This document shows positions 36,355 to 44,963 of a DNA stretch of 64,000 nucleotides, one piece after another (within the stretch, counting starts at the first letter, position 1; the number at the start of each line of letters is the position of its first letter). The notes under the pieces are model-generated. The model saw nothing but the letters and a program-made list of their open reading frames with translations. It had not been told where the DNA came from and ran no database searches. This stretch comes from Candidatus Eiseniibacteriota bacterium (GTDB taxonomy: Bacteria; Eisenbacteria; RBG-16-71-46; SZUA-252), in contig DASXTQ010000042.1 of the NCBI GenBank assembly GCA_036505295.1, forward strand, positions 6,769-70,768, read 5' to 3'. A program made the translations under genes and the position numbers.

Positions 36355-36732
36355 ATGAAGCGAATTCTCGGAGCGTGTCTGGTTTTGGCCGTGGCACTCT
36401 TCCTTTTCGGCGTTTTGGCCTACGCCGCGGAGAAGCCTGCGGCCGCATCGAAGACCCTGACGGGCGAGGTCGTGGATTTGGGCTGCTATCTCGGGAGCGG
36501 TATGAAGGGCGCCGGCCACAAGGAGTGCGCCTCGACCTGTATCACGAAAGGGGGCCCGATGGGGCTCCTCACCAGCAAGGGCCTTCTCTACGTTCTCACG
36601 ATGAATCACGACAGCGCGGACGCCTTCAACCAGGCGAAGCAGTACGCTGGAGGACAGGTCAAGATCACGGGCCCGGTCACGATGAGGAGCGGGACGAGGT
36701 CTCTGCAAGTAGACACCGTCGCGGCGATGTAA
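36355..36732 (+). CDS. Secreted small Cys/His-containing hypothetical protein
   Basis: AGGAAGGAG RBS. Signal peptide MKRILGACLVLAVALFLFGVLAYAA. Motif GCYLGSGMKGAGHKECASTC. Confidence 0.55.
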   Translation: MKRILGACLVLAVALFLFGVLAYAAEKPAAASKTLTGEVVDLGCYLGSGMKGAGHKECASTCITKGGPMGLLTSKGLLYVLTMNHDSADAFNQAKQYAGGQVKITGPVTMRSGTRSLQVDTVAAM

Positions 36733-36772
36733 CGAGTCGGCCCGCCGGCATGAATCCAAATCGGCGCGTGGG

Positions 36773-37597
36773 GTGCCCTCCGGTATCCCCCGCGCCATTC
36801 TATTTGTGAAGCGATTCCTCCAGCTGCTGGTGCTCTTTTCGCTGGCGGCGCTCGCGCTCTGGACCACGCTGCTCCGACCCAAGCTCACCCCGGTGGAGCG
36901 CGGCCGCCGTCTCGCAGAGGCGACCGGATGCTTCGGGTGCCACGGCCCGGAGGGGATGGAAGGCACGGCGAATCCCGGGCGCGCCGAAAAAACGGTTCCC
37001 TCCTTCAAAGCACTCATGATGTACGCGAAAAGCGAGCAGGAGGTGCGCGAGTGGATCCGCGACGGTGTAACAACTGCGCGATCGAAGAGCCAGAGCTGGC
37101 GGGCGGATCGCGAGGCCGGCGCGCTACGAATGCCAGCCTTTGGAAAACGCCTCAAACCGCGCCAGATCGACGACCTCGTCGCGTTTGTGATGGTGGCCTC
37201 CGGCGAAAACTCCCCCGAGGACTCCCTCGCGCTCGCGGGGCGCGCCCGCATCCAGGCGCTCGGCTGCACGGGTTGCCATGGCCGTGACGGCCGGTACGCG
37301 CGGCCGAATCCGGGCTCGCTCAAGGGATACATTCCACCCTGGGACGGTGAGGACTTCGCCGAGCTGGTGCGGGACCGAAAAGAGTTCGACGAGTGGGTAC
37401 GCCGGGGCAATACCGGTCGATTCGAGACCAATCCGCTGGCGATGTACTTCCTGCGTCGAGCCGCGGTGCATATGCCGGCGTTTGAGCGGTTCCTGGAGCC
37501 CGGCGACCTCGACGCGCTCTGGGCTTACGTGGGCTGGCTCCGCGGACGTTCTAAGGGTGGGACGGCGTCCGACGGGCCACCACCAGAATCTCCGTAA
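36773..37597 (+). CDS. Dihaem c-type cytochrome
   Basis: Two CxxCH motifs (CFGCH, CTGCH). N-terminal TM anchor. Exact start uncertain (ATG 36773 or GTG 36809). Confidence 0.75.
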   Translation: MPSGIPRAILFVKRFLQLLVLFSLAALALWTTLLRPKLTPVERGRRLAEATGCFGCHGPEGMEGTANPGRAEKTVPSFKALMMYAKSEQEVREWIRDGVTTARSKSQSWRADREAGALRMPAFGKRLKPRQIDDLVAFVMVASGENSPEDSLALAGRARIQALGCTGCHGRDGRYARPNPGSLKGYIPPWDGEDFAELVRDRKEFDEWVRRGNTGRFETNPLAMYFLRRAAVHMPAFERFLEPGDLDALWAYVGWLRGRSKGGTASDGPPPESP

Positions 37598-38333
37598 GGT
37601 AAAAGAAGAGCTTTCCTCCACGCCACTCCGGCGCGAGCGCTTCGGCCGCACCGGGCGGCGCTGTCTCGAGCCTTCGCATGAGCTCCGCCTTCACCGGGTC
37701 GCCCACGGTTTGCAATCCCGCCCACGCCTCGAAATCGCGTGCCTTCCGGAACGTTTCGGTCGCCTCGATTTGGAAGCCGGCGTCCTGAAAGAATCGCAGC
37801 CACGCAGTCGCGGTGTACGCCCGGACATGGCTCGGATCGCGGTATTTCTCGAAATCATTGATGTAATCCGCGGTCGGGCGGTCTTCGGGAACGAGGTTGT
37901 CGATCATGGCGGCGATTCCTGCGGGCTTGAGCACGCGCGCCATCTCGCGGACGAATCGGGCGCAATCGGCAAAGTGGTGCGGTGCCACGCGGCAGGTGAC
38001 GAGGTCGAACTCGGCATCTTGGAAGGGTAGGGAGCAGGCGTCGGCTTCACTGAAGCGCACGTTTGTGACACCCTTGCCGCGGATGAACCGCTCCGAGGCA
38101 TCGAGCATCTCCTGCGTGAGGTCGGTCGCGACGACCTCGCTCACGCGCGTGGAGAAGGCAAGCGCCGTGTGGCCGCCCCCGGTCGCGATATCGAGCACGC
38201 GCCAGTCCCGTTTGGGATCGACCAGCTCGAGCATCCGGTCGAGGCTTTCGCCTTTCGAATGGTCGGTGCTCGATACGTAGCGCTCGGCGTTTAAGCCGAA
38301 TTGCCGTTTGACGAGATCGTGGAGATCGGTCAA
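37551..38333 (-). CDS. Class I SAM-dependent methyltransferase (UbiE/COQ5-like)
   Basis: Motif I VLDIATGGGHTALA. Start set at TTG just downstream of the upstream gene stop. The long 5' ORF extension is low-complexity and overlaps the neighbouring gene. Confidence 0.65.
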   Translation of the reverse strand: MTDLHDLVKRQFGLNAERYVSSTDHSKGESLDRMLELVDPKRDWRVLDIATGGGHTALAFSTRVSEVVATDLTQEMLDASERFIRGKGVTNVRFSEADACSLPFQDAEFDLVTCRVAPHHFADCARFVREMARVLKPAGIAAMIDNLVPEDRPTADYINDFEKYRDPSHVRAYTATAWLRFFQDAGFQIEATETFRKARDFEAWAGLQTVGDPVKAELMRRLETAPPGAAEALAPEWRGGKLFFYLTEILVVARRTPSHP

Positions 38334-38338
38334 CCGGG

Positions 38339-38911
38339 TTACTTCTTCTTGGCGGCGCGGCGACGGCCCGCCATCGGGCGGCGACGGCGACTCGCCCTCG
38401 CCGCGACAATGCGGCCCTTGCCCATCCCAGCCGCCGCGCGGCCCCGGCGACCCCGGCGACCGGACTTCGCCGCTCCCGGCAGGGCCTTGAGCTGACGCTT
38501 CCCCATCGAGCGCATGCGCCGCCACGATTCGAGTGCCTTCCGGCGTGGCCTCGTGCGCCCCGTCTCCCATCCAAAAATCGACTGCGCCGAAACCCCGACG
38601 AGCTTTGCGTAGACACGCCGGCTCATACCGAGCTTCTTCCGATGCGCCTTGACCCATTGCGGAGAAAATCGGATCTGGGGATCTTCGGACGGGGCCGCCA
38701 CCGTCTTCCGTGCGGAAGCGATGGAGCGCTTCGCCGCTCGCTCCATTTCGGCCATGAGCCTGCGTTGTTCCGCGATCCGGCGGCGCAGCGCGGTCACGAG
38801 CTTCCGGAGAGGTTTGACGGAAGCTCTAACTTCTTTGCGCGCTAAACGGCGGATCTCGCCTTTCAATACACCTGCCAAATTCGGCACGATGACCTCCGGG
38901 TGAATTTGCAA
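38339..38911 (-). CDS. HTH-domain DNA-binding protein with coiled-coil N-terminus and highly basic Arg/Lys/Ala tail
   Basis: Central HTH-like segment MSRRVYAKLVGVSAQSIFGWETGRTRP. C-terminal RRGRRGRAAAGMGKGR...RRRAAKKK. Confidence 0.45.
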   Translation of the reverse strand: MQIHPEVIVPNLAGVLKGEIRRLARKEVRASVKPLRKLVTALRRRIAEQRRLMAEMERAAKRSIASARKTVAAPSEDPQIRFSPQWVKAHRKKLGMSRRVYAKLVGVSAQSIFGWETGRTRPRRKALESWRRMRSMGKRQLKALPGAAKSGRRGRRGRAAAGMGKGRIVAARASRRRRPMAGRRRAAKKK

Positions 38912-38983
38912 AAACGCCGAAGCATGGTTCGCTCGGTTTGCGGGGTGATTGGAGTATAAATCCTCGCGGCGTTCTTTGCAGAA

Positions 38984-41149
38984 CTAGTCTTTGTAGAACG
39001 ACCGCCCGCTCAGCGCCATTTGCTGCAATCGCCCGCAGGGGCCTGCGGGTGCGCCCTCTTGCTGCCGGCGCGCGAGCCTCTCGACGATCGGTCCAATTCC
39101 CACTGTGTCGGCGTACCGGAGGAGCCCGCCGCGGAATGGTGGAAACCCTGTCCCAAACACCATCGCGAGGTCCACGTCCTCAGGGCGCGCGACGACGTGC
39201 TCTTCGAGCGCGAGCCCAGCCTCGTTCACCATCGTGTCGACCAGTCGATTCGCGATCTGCTGGGGCGTGAGGGGGCCCTCCTCCGGCGTCCCGGACTCGA
39301 TGGCAGGGTTCACGCCCTTGCGCCGGCCGCCTTCATAGCAATAAAAACCAAGCTCCGTTTTCCTCCCAAGCTCCCCCGCAGCCACAAGCCTGTCGATCAA
39401 GGGGATCTGCGATAGACGGTTCCCGAACGAATCGTGTAACACGTGCGCCACCTTGCGGGCGACGTCGAGGCCGATCTCATCGAGCAACTCGAGCGGGCCG
39501 ACCGGCATCCCGAAATCCCGGAGCGCGCGGTCCACGGCGCGCACGGGCTGTCCTCGGTCCACCAGCGCGACGGCTTCGCTCAGATAGGGCATCAGCACAC
39601 GGTTCACGAGAAACCCCGGCGCATCCGCGACCAACACGGGCGTCTTCCCCAGGCGCCGCGCGAGCGCGATCACGGTTTGGACCGCTGTCGGGTCGCTCAA
39701 ATCCGTCCGGATCACCTCGACGAGCGGCATGCGGGTCGCCGGATTGAAGAAATGCATCCCAACGACGCGCCCGGGAACGCGGAGCCCCTTCGACATCGCG
39801 CGCACCGAAAGTGAGGATGTGTTGGTCGCGAACACGCATCCGTCCGGAACCTGCGCTTCCAGCTCGCGGAAAAGCGCCTGCTTCACCGGTTGGTCCTCGA
39901 CTACAGCCTCCAAGACGAGATCGATCCGCTTGAGCCCCGAGAGGTCGAACACGGGCTCGATCCTTCCGAGCGCCCGCTGCAGCTCGGCCCTCGTGAGTCG
40001 ACCGCGCGAGACCTCGCGATCGAAAAGCGACCGCGCGTGGGCAAGCGAGCGAAGGAGCGGCTCGGGCTTGAGATCGCGAAGCCGCACGCGCGCGCCGCGA
40101 CTCGAGAACAGATAGGCAATCTCGCCCCCCATCGTTCCCGCGCCCATGACTGCGACGCGATCCACATTGCGGGCGAGCGGCGTCTCTGGCCTGCGCTTCG
40201 CATCCTCACGCAGGGTGAAGATCCGACGCAGGCTCTTGGATTCGGGGGTGAAGAGTAGCCGCGCGACCGTTTCACGCTCCACCTTGAGACCATCCGCCGA
40301 GGAAGCGCCCCAGGTGGTGCGAAGAACGCCGATGATCTCGAGCGGCGCAGGATAGTAGCCGTGAGTCTCCCGGAGCACGCGCCGGCGCGCCTGCGAGAGG
40401 ATGGCTGCGCGCAGCGGCGCGATCGCCTCGACGACGCGGAGACCGAGCGGCGGACCCCGGCGCTTCACTCCGCGCGGATCTTGGAGCAGCGCCTCGGTCC
40501 ACTGGATCGCTCGCTCCGAGAAACGCTCGTGAGGCAGGACCGCATCGACCAGCCCCACGCGGTAGGCGCGCCGCGAATCGAGCGAGCGGCCCGTGAGAAG
40601 GAGATCGAGCGAAGGCAGGAGACCGATCAGCCGCGGGAGCCTCTGCGTTCCGCCGAATCCGGGAAGGATCCCAAGCTGCACCTCGGGGAGCCCAATCGCC
40701 ACCTTCCGCGCGTTCGATGCGATGCGGTAGCGCATCGCGAGCGCAAGCTCTGTTCCGCCGCCGAGGCAGGGTCCGTTGATCGCGGCAACCGTGGGATACG
40801 GCAGGAGAGAGAACTCTTCGAAGAGTTGCTGGGCCTCGCGGGACTTGGCTTCCGCTTCTTCCGGGCTCGTGAGGCGGTCGAACTCGGCGACGTCTGCGCC
40901 CGCGATGAACTGCTGGTCCTTGCCGCTCAAGAGGATCAGCGCACGGGGATAGGCCTGATCGCTCCGCTGCCTCAGCGCGTCGAGCACCCGCCGGAGCGCG
41001 GTCAGCGATTCGGAATCGAGGAGGTTCACCTTCCGCGCCGGGTCGTCGAACCACACGAGCGCGATCCCGGAAGCGTGCGCTTCGAGCCGGAGCGGTCCGT
41101 GCTCGGTGCGGCCAGTCTCTTCCTCGGGCTCCCGGAAGGCGAGGCTCAC
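38984..41149 (-). CDS. fadJ: Fatty-acid oxidation complex alpha subunit (enoyl-CoA hydratase / 3-hydroxyacyl-CoA dehydrogenase)
   Basis: N-terminal crotonase domain. Central NAD-binding VAVMGAGTMGGEIA and 3HCDH C-terminal domains. Start set at GTG after the upstream thiolase stop. Confidence 0.85.
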   Translation of the reverse strand: MSLAFREPEEETGRTEHGPLRLEAHASGIALVWFDDPARKVNLLDSESLTALRRVLDALRQRSDQAYPRALILLSGKDQQFIAGADVAEFDRLTSPEEAEAKSREAQQLFEEFSLLPYPTVAAINGPCLGGGTELALAMRYRIASNARKVAIGLPEVQLGILPGFGGTQRLPRLIGLLPSLDLLLTGRSLDSRRAYRVGLVDAVLPHERFSERAIQWTEALLQDPRGVKRRGPPLGLRVVEAIAPLRAAILSQARRRVLRETHGYYPAPLEIIGVLRTTWGASSADGLKVERETVARLLFTPESKSLRRIFTLREDAKRRPETPLARNVDRVAVMGAGTMGGEIAYLFSSRGARVRLRDLKPEPLLRSLAHARSLFDREVSRGRLTRAELQRALGRIEPVFDLSGLKRIDLVLEAVVEDQPVKQALFRELEAQVPDGCVFATNTSSLSVRAMSKGLRVPGRVVGMHFFNPATRMPLVEVIRTDLSDPTAVQTVIALARRLGKTPVLVADAPGFLVNRVLMPYLSEAVALVDRGQPVRAVDRALRDFGMPVGPLELLDEIGLDVARKVAHVLHDSFGNRLSQIPLIDRLVAAGELGRKTELGFYCYEGGRRKGVNPAIESGTPEEGPLTPQQIANRLVDTMVNEAGLALEEHVVARPEDVDLAMVFGTGFPPFRGGLLRYADTVGIGPIVERLARRQQEGAPAGPCGRLQQMALSGRSFYKD

Positions 41150-41168
41150 AGGGTCCCCACGGAACCGC

Positions 41169-42455
41169 TCACGCCGCGCGCTCCAGGACGAGGGCCGCTC
41201 CCTGGCCGCCGCCCACGCAGAGCGTCGCGAGCCCCAGCGGCACGTCGCGCTTCCGCATCTCGCGTAAGAGGGTGAGGGTGAGCCGCGTGCCCGAAACTCC
41301 CACTGGGTGACCGAGCGCAATCGCGCCCCCGTTCACGTTCATGATGGAGCGGTCGATCTCGCCGATGGGGCCATCGAGCCCGAGCTTCTCGCGGCAGTAC
41401 TTCGCGGACGCCATCGCAATCTCGTTCGCGATGACCTGCGCCGCGAAGGCCTCGTTCAGCTCGATCAGCCCAATGTCCTTGAACGCAACCCCCGCGCGCT
41501 TGAGCGCGACAGGCGTGGCGTGGGTCGGGCCCAGGCCCATCCGCGCCGGGTCGAGCCCCACGAACGCGTACCCTTTGATGCGTCCCGTGGGCTTCAACCC
41601 AAGCTCGCGCGCCTTCTCGGCGGACGCGACCAGGATCGCCGCCGCGCCGTCTGTAATAGGGCAGGAGTTTCCGACCGTGACGGTTCCGTAGCGGCGGTCG
41701 AAGTAGGGCTTCAACTTCGCGAGCGCCTCAAGCGTCTGGCCCCTGCGCGGGCCCACGTCCTCGGTGACCGCCTGTTTGTAGGGCGGCTCGAACACCGAGA
41801 CAATCTCCTGCGCCATGCGCCCCGATTCCATCGCCGCCACCGTGCGGCGGTGGCTCTGGAGCGCGAAGTCATCCTGCGCCTCGCGCGAGACCCCGAACTC
41901 CTTCGCCAAGATCTCCGCCGTCTCTCCCATGTTGAGGCCCGAGACAGGGTCGGTGAGCCCCTCGGCAAGCGCGATGCGCGGCTTCAAGTCGCGCGGCCGC
42001 ACCGTCGAGAGCGCAGCGAGCTTGTCGCCCGGCGACTTTGCGCGCGCGAGCCGCTCGAACATGTGGGTCAGCCCCTCGCTCATGTAGAGCGGGATCCGGC
42101 TCATCGATTCCGCACCGCCCGCGATAATGAGGTCGGCGTCCCCCGCCGCGATCTTTTGGTGCGCCTGGGCGATCGATTCCAACCCTGAGGCGCAGTTTCG
42201 CTGCACGGTAAAGGCGGGAACGCGCTCGGGGATCCCGGAGAGGAGAGCTACGACGCGTGCGATGTTCGTGGACTCGGAAGGCTGGGCCACGTTCCCCAGC
42301 ACAACTTCGTCGATCTCGGCGGGGTCCACACCCGAGCGGGCGAGAAGCTCGGTGACGGCGACGCGGCCAAGCTCGCGGGCGGAGACATCGGCGAGCGCCG
42401 TGCCTGCCTTGGCGAAGGGGGTCCGGTATCCGTCGATCAGGACGACTTCGCGCAT
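41169..42455 (-). CDS. fadA: Acetyl-CoA C-acyltransferase (3-ketoacyl-CoA thiolase)
   Basis: Thiolase family with Cys/His catalytic regions (VQRNCASGL ... NVNGGAIALGHPVGVSG ... CVGGGQG). Confidence 0.9.
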   Translation of the reverse strand: MREVVLIDGYRTPFAKAGTALADVSARELGRVAVTELLARSGVDPAEIDEVVLGNVAQPSESTNIARVVALLSGIPERVPAFTVQRNCASGLESIAQAHQKIAAGDADLIIAGGAESMSRIPLYMSEGLTHMFERLARAKSPGDKLAALSTVRPRDLKPRIALAEGLTDPVSGLNMGETAEILAKEFGVSREAQDDFALQSHRRTVAAMESGRMAQEIVSVFEPPYKQAVTEDVGPRRGQTLEALAKLKPYFDRRYGTVTVGNSCPITDGAAAILVASAEKARELGLKPTGRIKGYAFVGLDPARMGLGPTHATPVALKRAGVAFKDIGLIELNEAFAAQVIANEIAMASAKYCREKLGLDGPIGEIDRSIMNVNGGAIALGHPVGVSGTRLTLTLLREMRKRDVPLGLATLCVGGGQGAALVLERAA

Positions 42456-42540
42456 GGTCTCTTGCGAGGATCGGGCGGAATACGATCGAGTCTAGCCACG
42501 CTTTCCGTACTGTGTCACAGTGCCGGGAGGAGGTCAACGC

Positions 42541-44211
42541 ATGGACGTTCGCACGGTTCCCGACCTGCTCCGCCACGCTCTCGAAGTACACAGGAAGCCG
42601 GACGCGTTCTTGGTGAAGCGCGAGGGCCTGTGGGTTCCGGTTTCGATCGATTCGTTCGCGAATCAAGTGCGTGCGCGGGCGGCGGATCTCACCAGGCGCG
42701 GCGTCGTACGCGGAGACCGCGTGGCCATCTTCTCCGAGAACCGGATCGATTGGGCGGTTGCGGACCAGGCGGTGCTCTCGATCGGTGCTGTGTGCGTCCC
42801 GATCTATGCGACCTTGCCCGCGGACCACGTGGGCCCCTTGCTCGCCGATTGCGGTGCAGTTGGAGCCTTCGTGTCGAGCGAGGCGCAGCGCGCGAAGGTG
42901 GAGTCGGTGCGCCCGCAAACGCCCGGGCTCAAGTGGGTGGTGAGCTTTGACGTGGACGGGGCACCGCAAGCAGGGTCGCCGGCCGCGCCAGCCGCGACGC
43001 CCCCGGGCCCCGACGACCTCGCGACCATCATCTACACCTCAGGCACGACCGGCGTCCCCAAAGGCGTCATGCTCACGCACGGCAATCTTGTCTCGAACGC
43101 GCTCGCCTCCTTGACCGCGCTCGACCTGGGACCCACCGACGTCCACCTCTCCTTCCTTCCTCTGAACCACATCTTCGAGCGCACCGCGGGCTACAACGTC
43201 ATGGTCTACGCAGGAGCGACGATCGCCTACGCCGAGTCGATTGAAAAGGCTGCGGCCAATCTGATGGAGGTGCGGCCCACGTTGCTGCTCGCGGTTCCGC
43301 GCTTCTACGAGAAGTTGATCGATCGCATCATGGAGGTGGCGAAGGCGGCCGGGTTCCCACGGGACGTGATGGCGGTTTGGGGGCGCAACGTGGCCCAGAA
43401 GTGGGCGGCCCTCAAGCTCGGGGGGCGACCGATCCCGCCTGGCATCGCGCTCCAGCACGCGCTCGCGAACGTCTTGGTCTATCCGGTCCTGCGCCGCCGG
43501 CTCGGTGGTCGCATCCGATATTGCTTCTCCGGCGGCGCTGCACTGCCGCGCGAGATCGGACTTTTCTTCTACGGCGTGGGCATGCCCGTCATGGAGGGCT
43601 ATGGCTTGACCGAGACGTCGCCCGTGATCGCCGTGAACACGGAGAAGCGCTACAAGCTCGGGACGGTCGGGTGTCCCATTCCCGGGGTGGACGTGCGCAT
43701 CGCGGAGGACGGAGAGATCCTCGTGCGCGGCCCGTCCGTAATGAAGGGCTACTGGAATCGGTCCGAAGAAACCGCGACCGCTTTGGAGGGCGGGTGGTTC
43801 CACACCGGCGACATCGGCGAGATCGACGCGGACGGGTTCCTGCGCATCACGGATCGCAAGAAGGACCTCATCGTCACGAGCGGCGGAAAGAAGATCGCGC
43901 CGCAGCCGATCCAGAACGCGCTCAAGAAATCTCCGCGGATCCTGGAAGCGATCGTGGTCGGCGACGGCCGGAAATACGCAACCGCGCTGATCGTCGCGGC
44001 CAACGGAGCGACGCGCGAGGCAATCGCCGCGGACGTGGACAGCGTGAACAAGACGCTTGCTTCCTATGAGACGATCAAGCGCTTCGAGCTCATCCCAAAC
44101 GATCTGACGGTTGAGAACGGCTCGTTGAGCCAAAAGTTGGAAGTGAAGCGCCGCGTGATCTCGGATCGGTACCGAGATCTGATCGAGAAGATGTACCATG
44201 GGGAAGAGTGA
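42541..44211 (+). CDS. fadD: Long-chain-fatty-acid--CoA ligase (AMP-dependent synthetase)
   Basis: AMP-binding motif IIYTSGTTGVPKGV. Typical FadD length. Confidence 0.85.
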   Translation: MDVRTVPDLLRHALEVHRKPDAFLVKREGLWVPVSIDSFANQVRARAADLTRRGVVRGDRVAIFSENRIDWAVADQAVLSIGAVCVPIYATLPADHVGPLLADCGAVGAFVSSEAQRAKVESVRPQTPGLKWVVSFDVDGAPQAGSPAAPAATPPGPDDLATIIYTSGTTGVPKGVMLTHGNLVSNALASLTALDLGPTDVHLSFLPLNHIFERTAGYNVMVYAGATIAYAESIEKAAANLMEVRPTLLLAVPRFYEKLIDRIMEVAKAAGFPRDVMAVWGRNVAQKWAALKLGGRPIPPGIALQHALANVLVYPVLRRRLGGRIRYCFSGGAALPREIGLFFYGVGMPVMEGYGLTETSPVIAVNTEKRYKLGTVGCPIPGVDVRIAEDGEILVRGPSVMKGYWNRSEETATALEGGWFHTGDIGEIDADGFLRITDRKKDLIVTSGGKKIAPQPIQNALKKSPRILEAIVVGDGRKYATALIVAANGATREAIAADVDSVNKTLASYETIKRFELIPNDLTVENGSLSQKLEVKRRVISDRYRDLIEKMYHGEE

Positions 44212-44531
44212 GGCCGCAGCTCTTGGATTGAGGCCGCCGGGCCGCCCACTGAAGTGGGTACCCACTGCCGGCTTGTGTTCGATGCTCTAATCCGCTATAC
44301 TGCCGGCGTTTCCGCTCCAACTCCCACGGAGCAGTCGAACGGGGGTGCGATGGCCCGCTTCTCCTACTACCTCAGCAGGCAGTGCCTCCACGGGATCATA
44401 TCGCGTTCCATTGATTCATCTGGTCCGCTCGGTTACGCGCATCTTGCTTTGACACGCGGGCTCCGGGCCATGGAATGGCCACTGGCCTCCCCCGGCCAGA
44501 GCCCTCGCCGGCAGGAAAGTTGGTTAGTGAT

Positions 44532-44855
44532 ATGAAAAGGGATCGCGGGTTTGCTCTGCTGCTGCGATTGCTCGTTGGCTTCATTTTCGCGGCCGCACTT
44601 GCGTTGGCAGTTGCTTCGGCGTCACCGCCAGGCGCGTGGGCCAGGACTGCGCCCACGACCGTGGCGTCGGGGGATCCAACGGGCGGAGAGGATTCTCCGA
44701 GCCCGGGACCGAAAAAGGCCACAACGCTAAGAATCGGATCTCAGGGAAGCTCGACCTCGAGCGCTATGCCGTCAGCCCGCCGATACTCAATTTGGCACTG
44801 GTTGGATGACTGGAAAGTGATCGTCGACTCGATTCGAGCAAGGTACCCACTCTAG
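44532..44855 (+). CDS. Hypothetical small membrane/secreted protein
   Basis: ATG with hydrophobic N-terminus (MKRDRGFALLLRLLVGFIFAAALALAVASA). Weak RBS. No homology recognised. Confidence 0.3.
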   Translation: MKRDRGFALLLRLLVGFIFAAALALAVASASPPGAWARTAPTTVASGDPTGGEDSPSPGPKKATTLRIGSQGSSTSSAMPSARRYSIWHWLDDWKVIVDSIRARYPL

Positions 44856-44963
44856 GCCGCTCGAGATCAGGAACGAATCCTTGAAAACGCCCTCTTTACA
44901 TCATGCTCTTAGAGAGATCCGCGATGCCCTTGACAAGGGCATGTACAAAGAGGCGTTGGACTA

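Noticed and set aside
44212-44470. Possible tRNA/tmRNA-like or small RNA in the fadD-downstream gap (GGTTCGAT-like motif, palindrome GTGGGTACCCAC)
   Set aside because: Could not fold a cloverleaf with a 7-bp acceptor stem and proper T-arm. The palindromes are more consistent with a weak terminator or unstructured GC-rich spacer.
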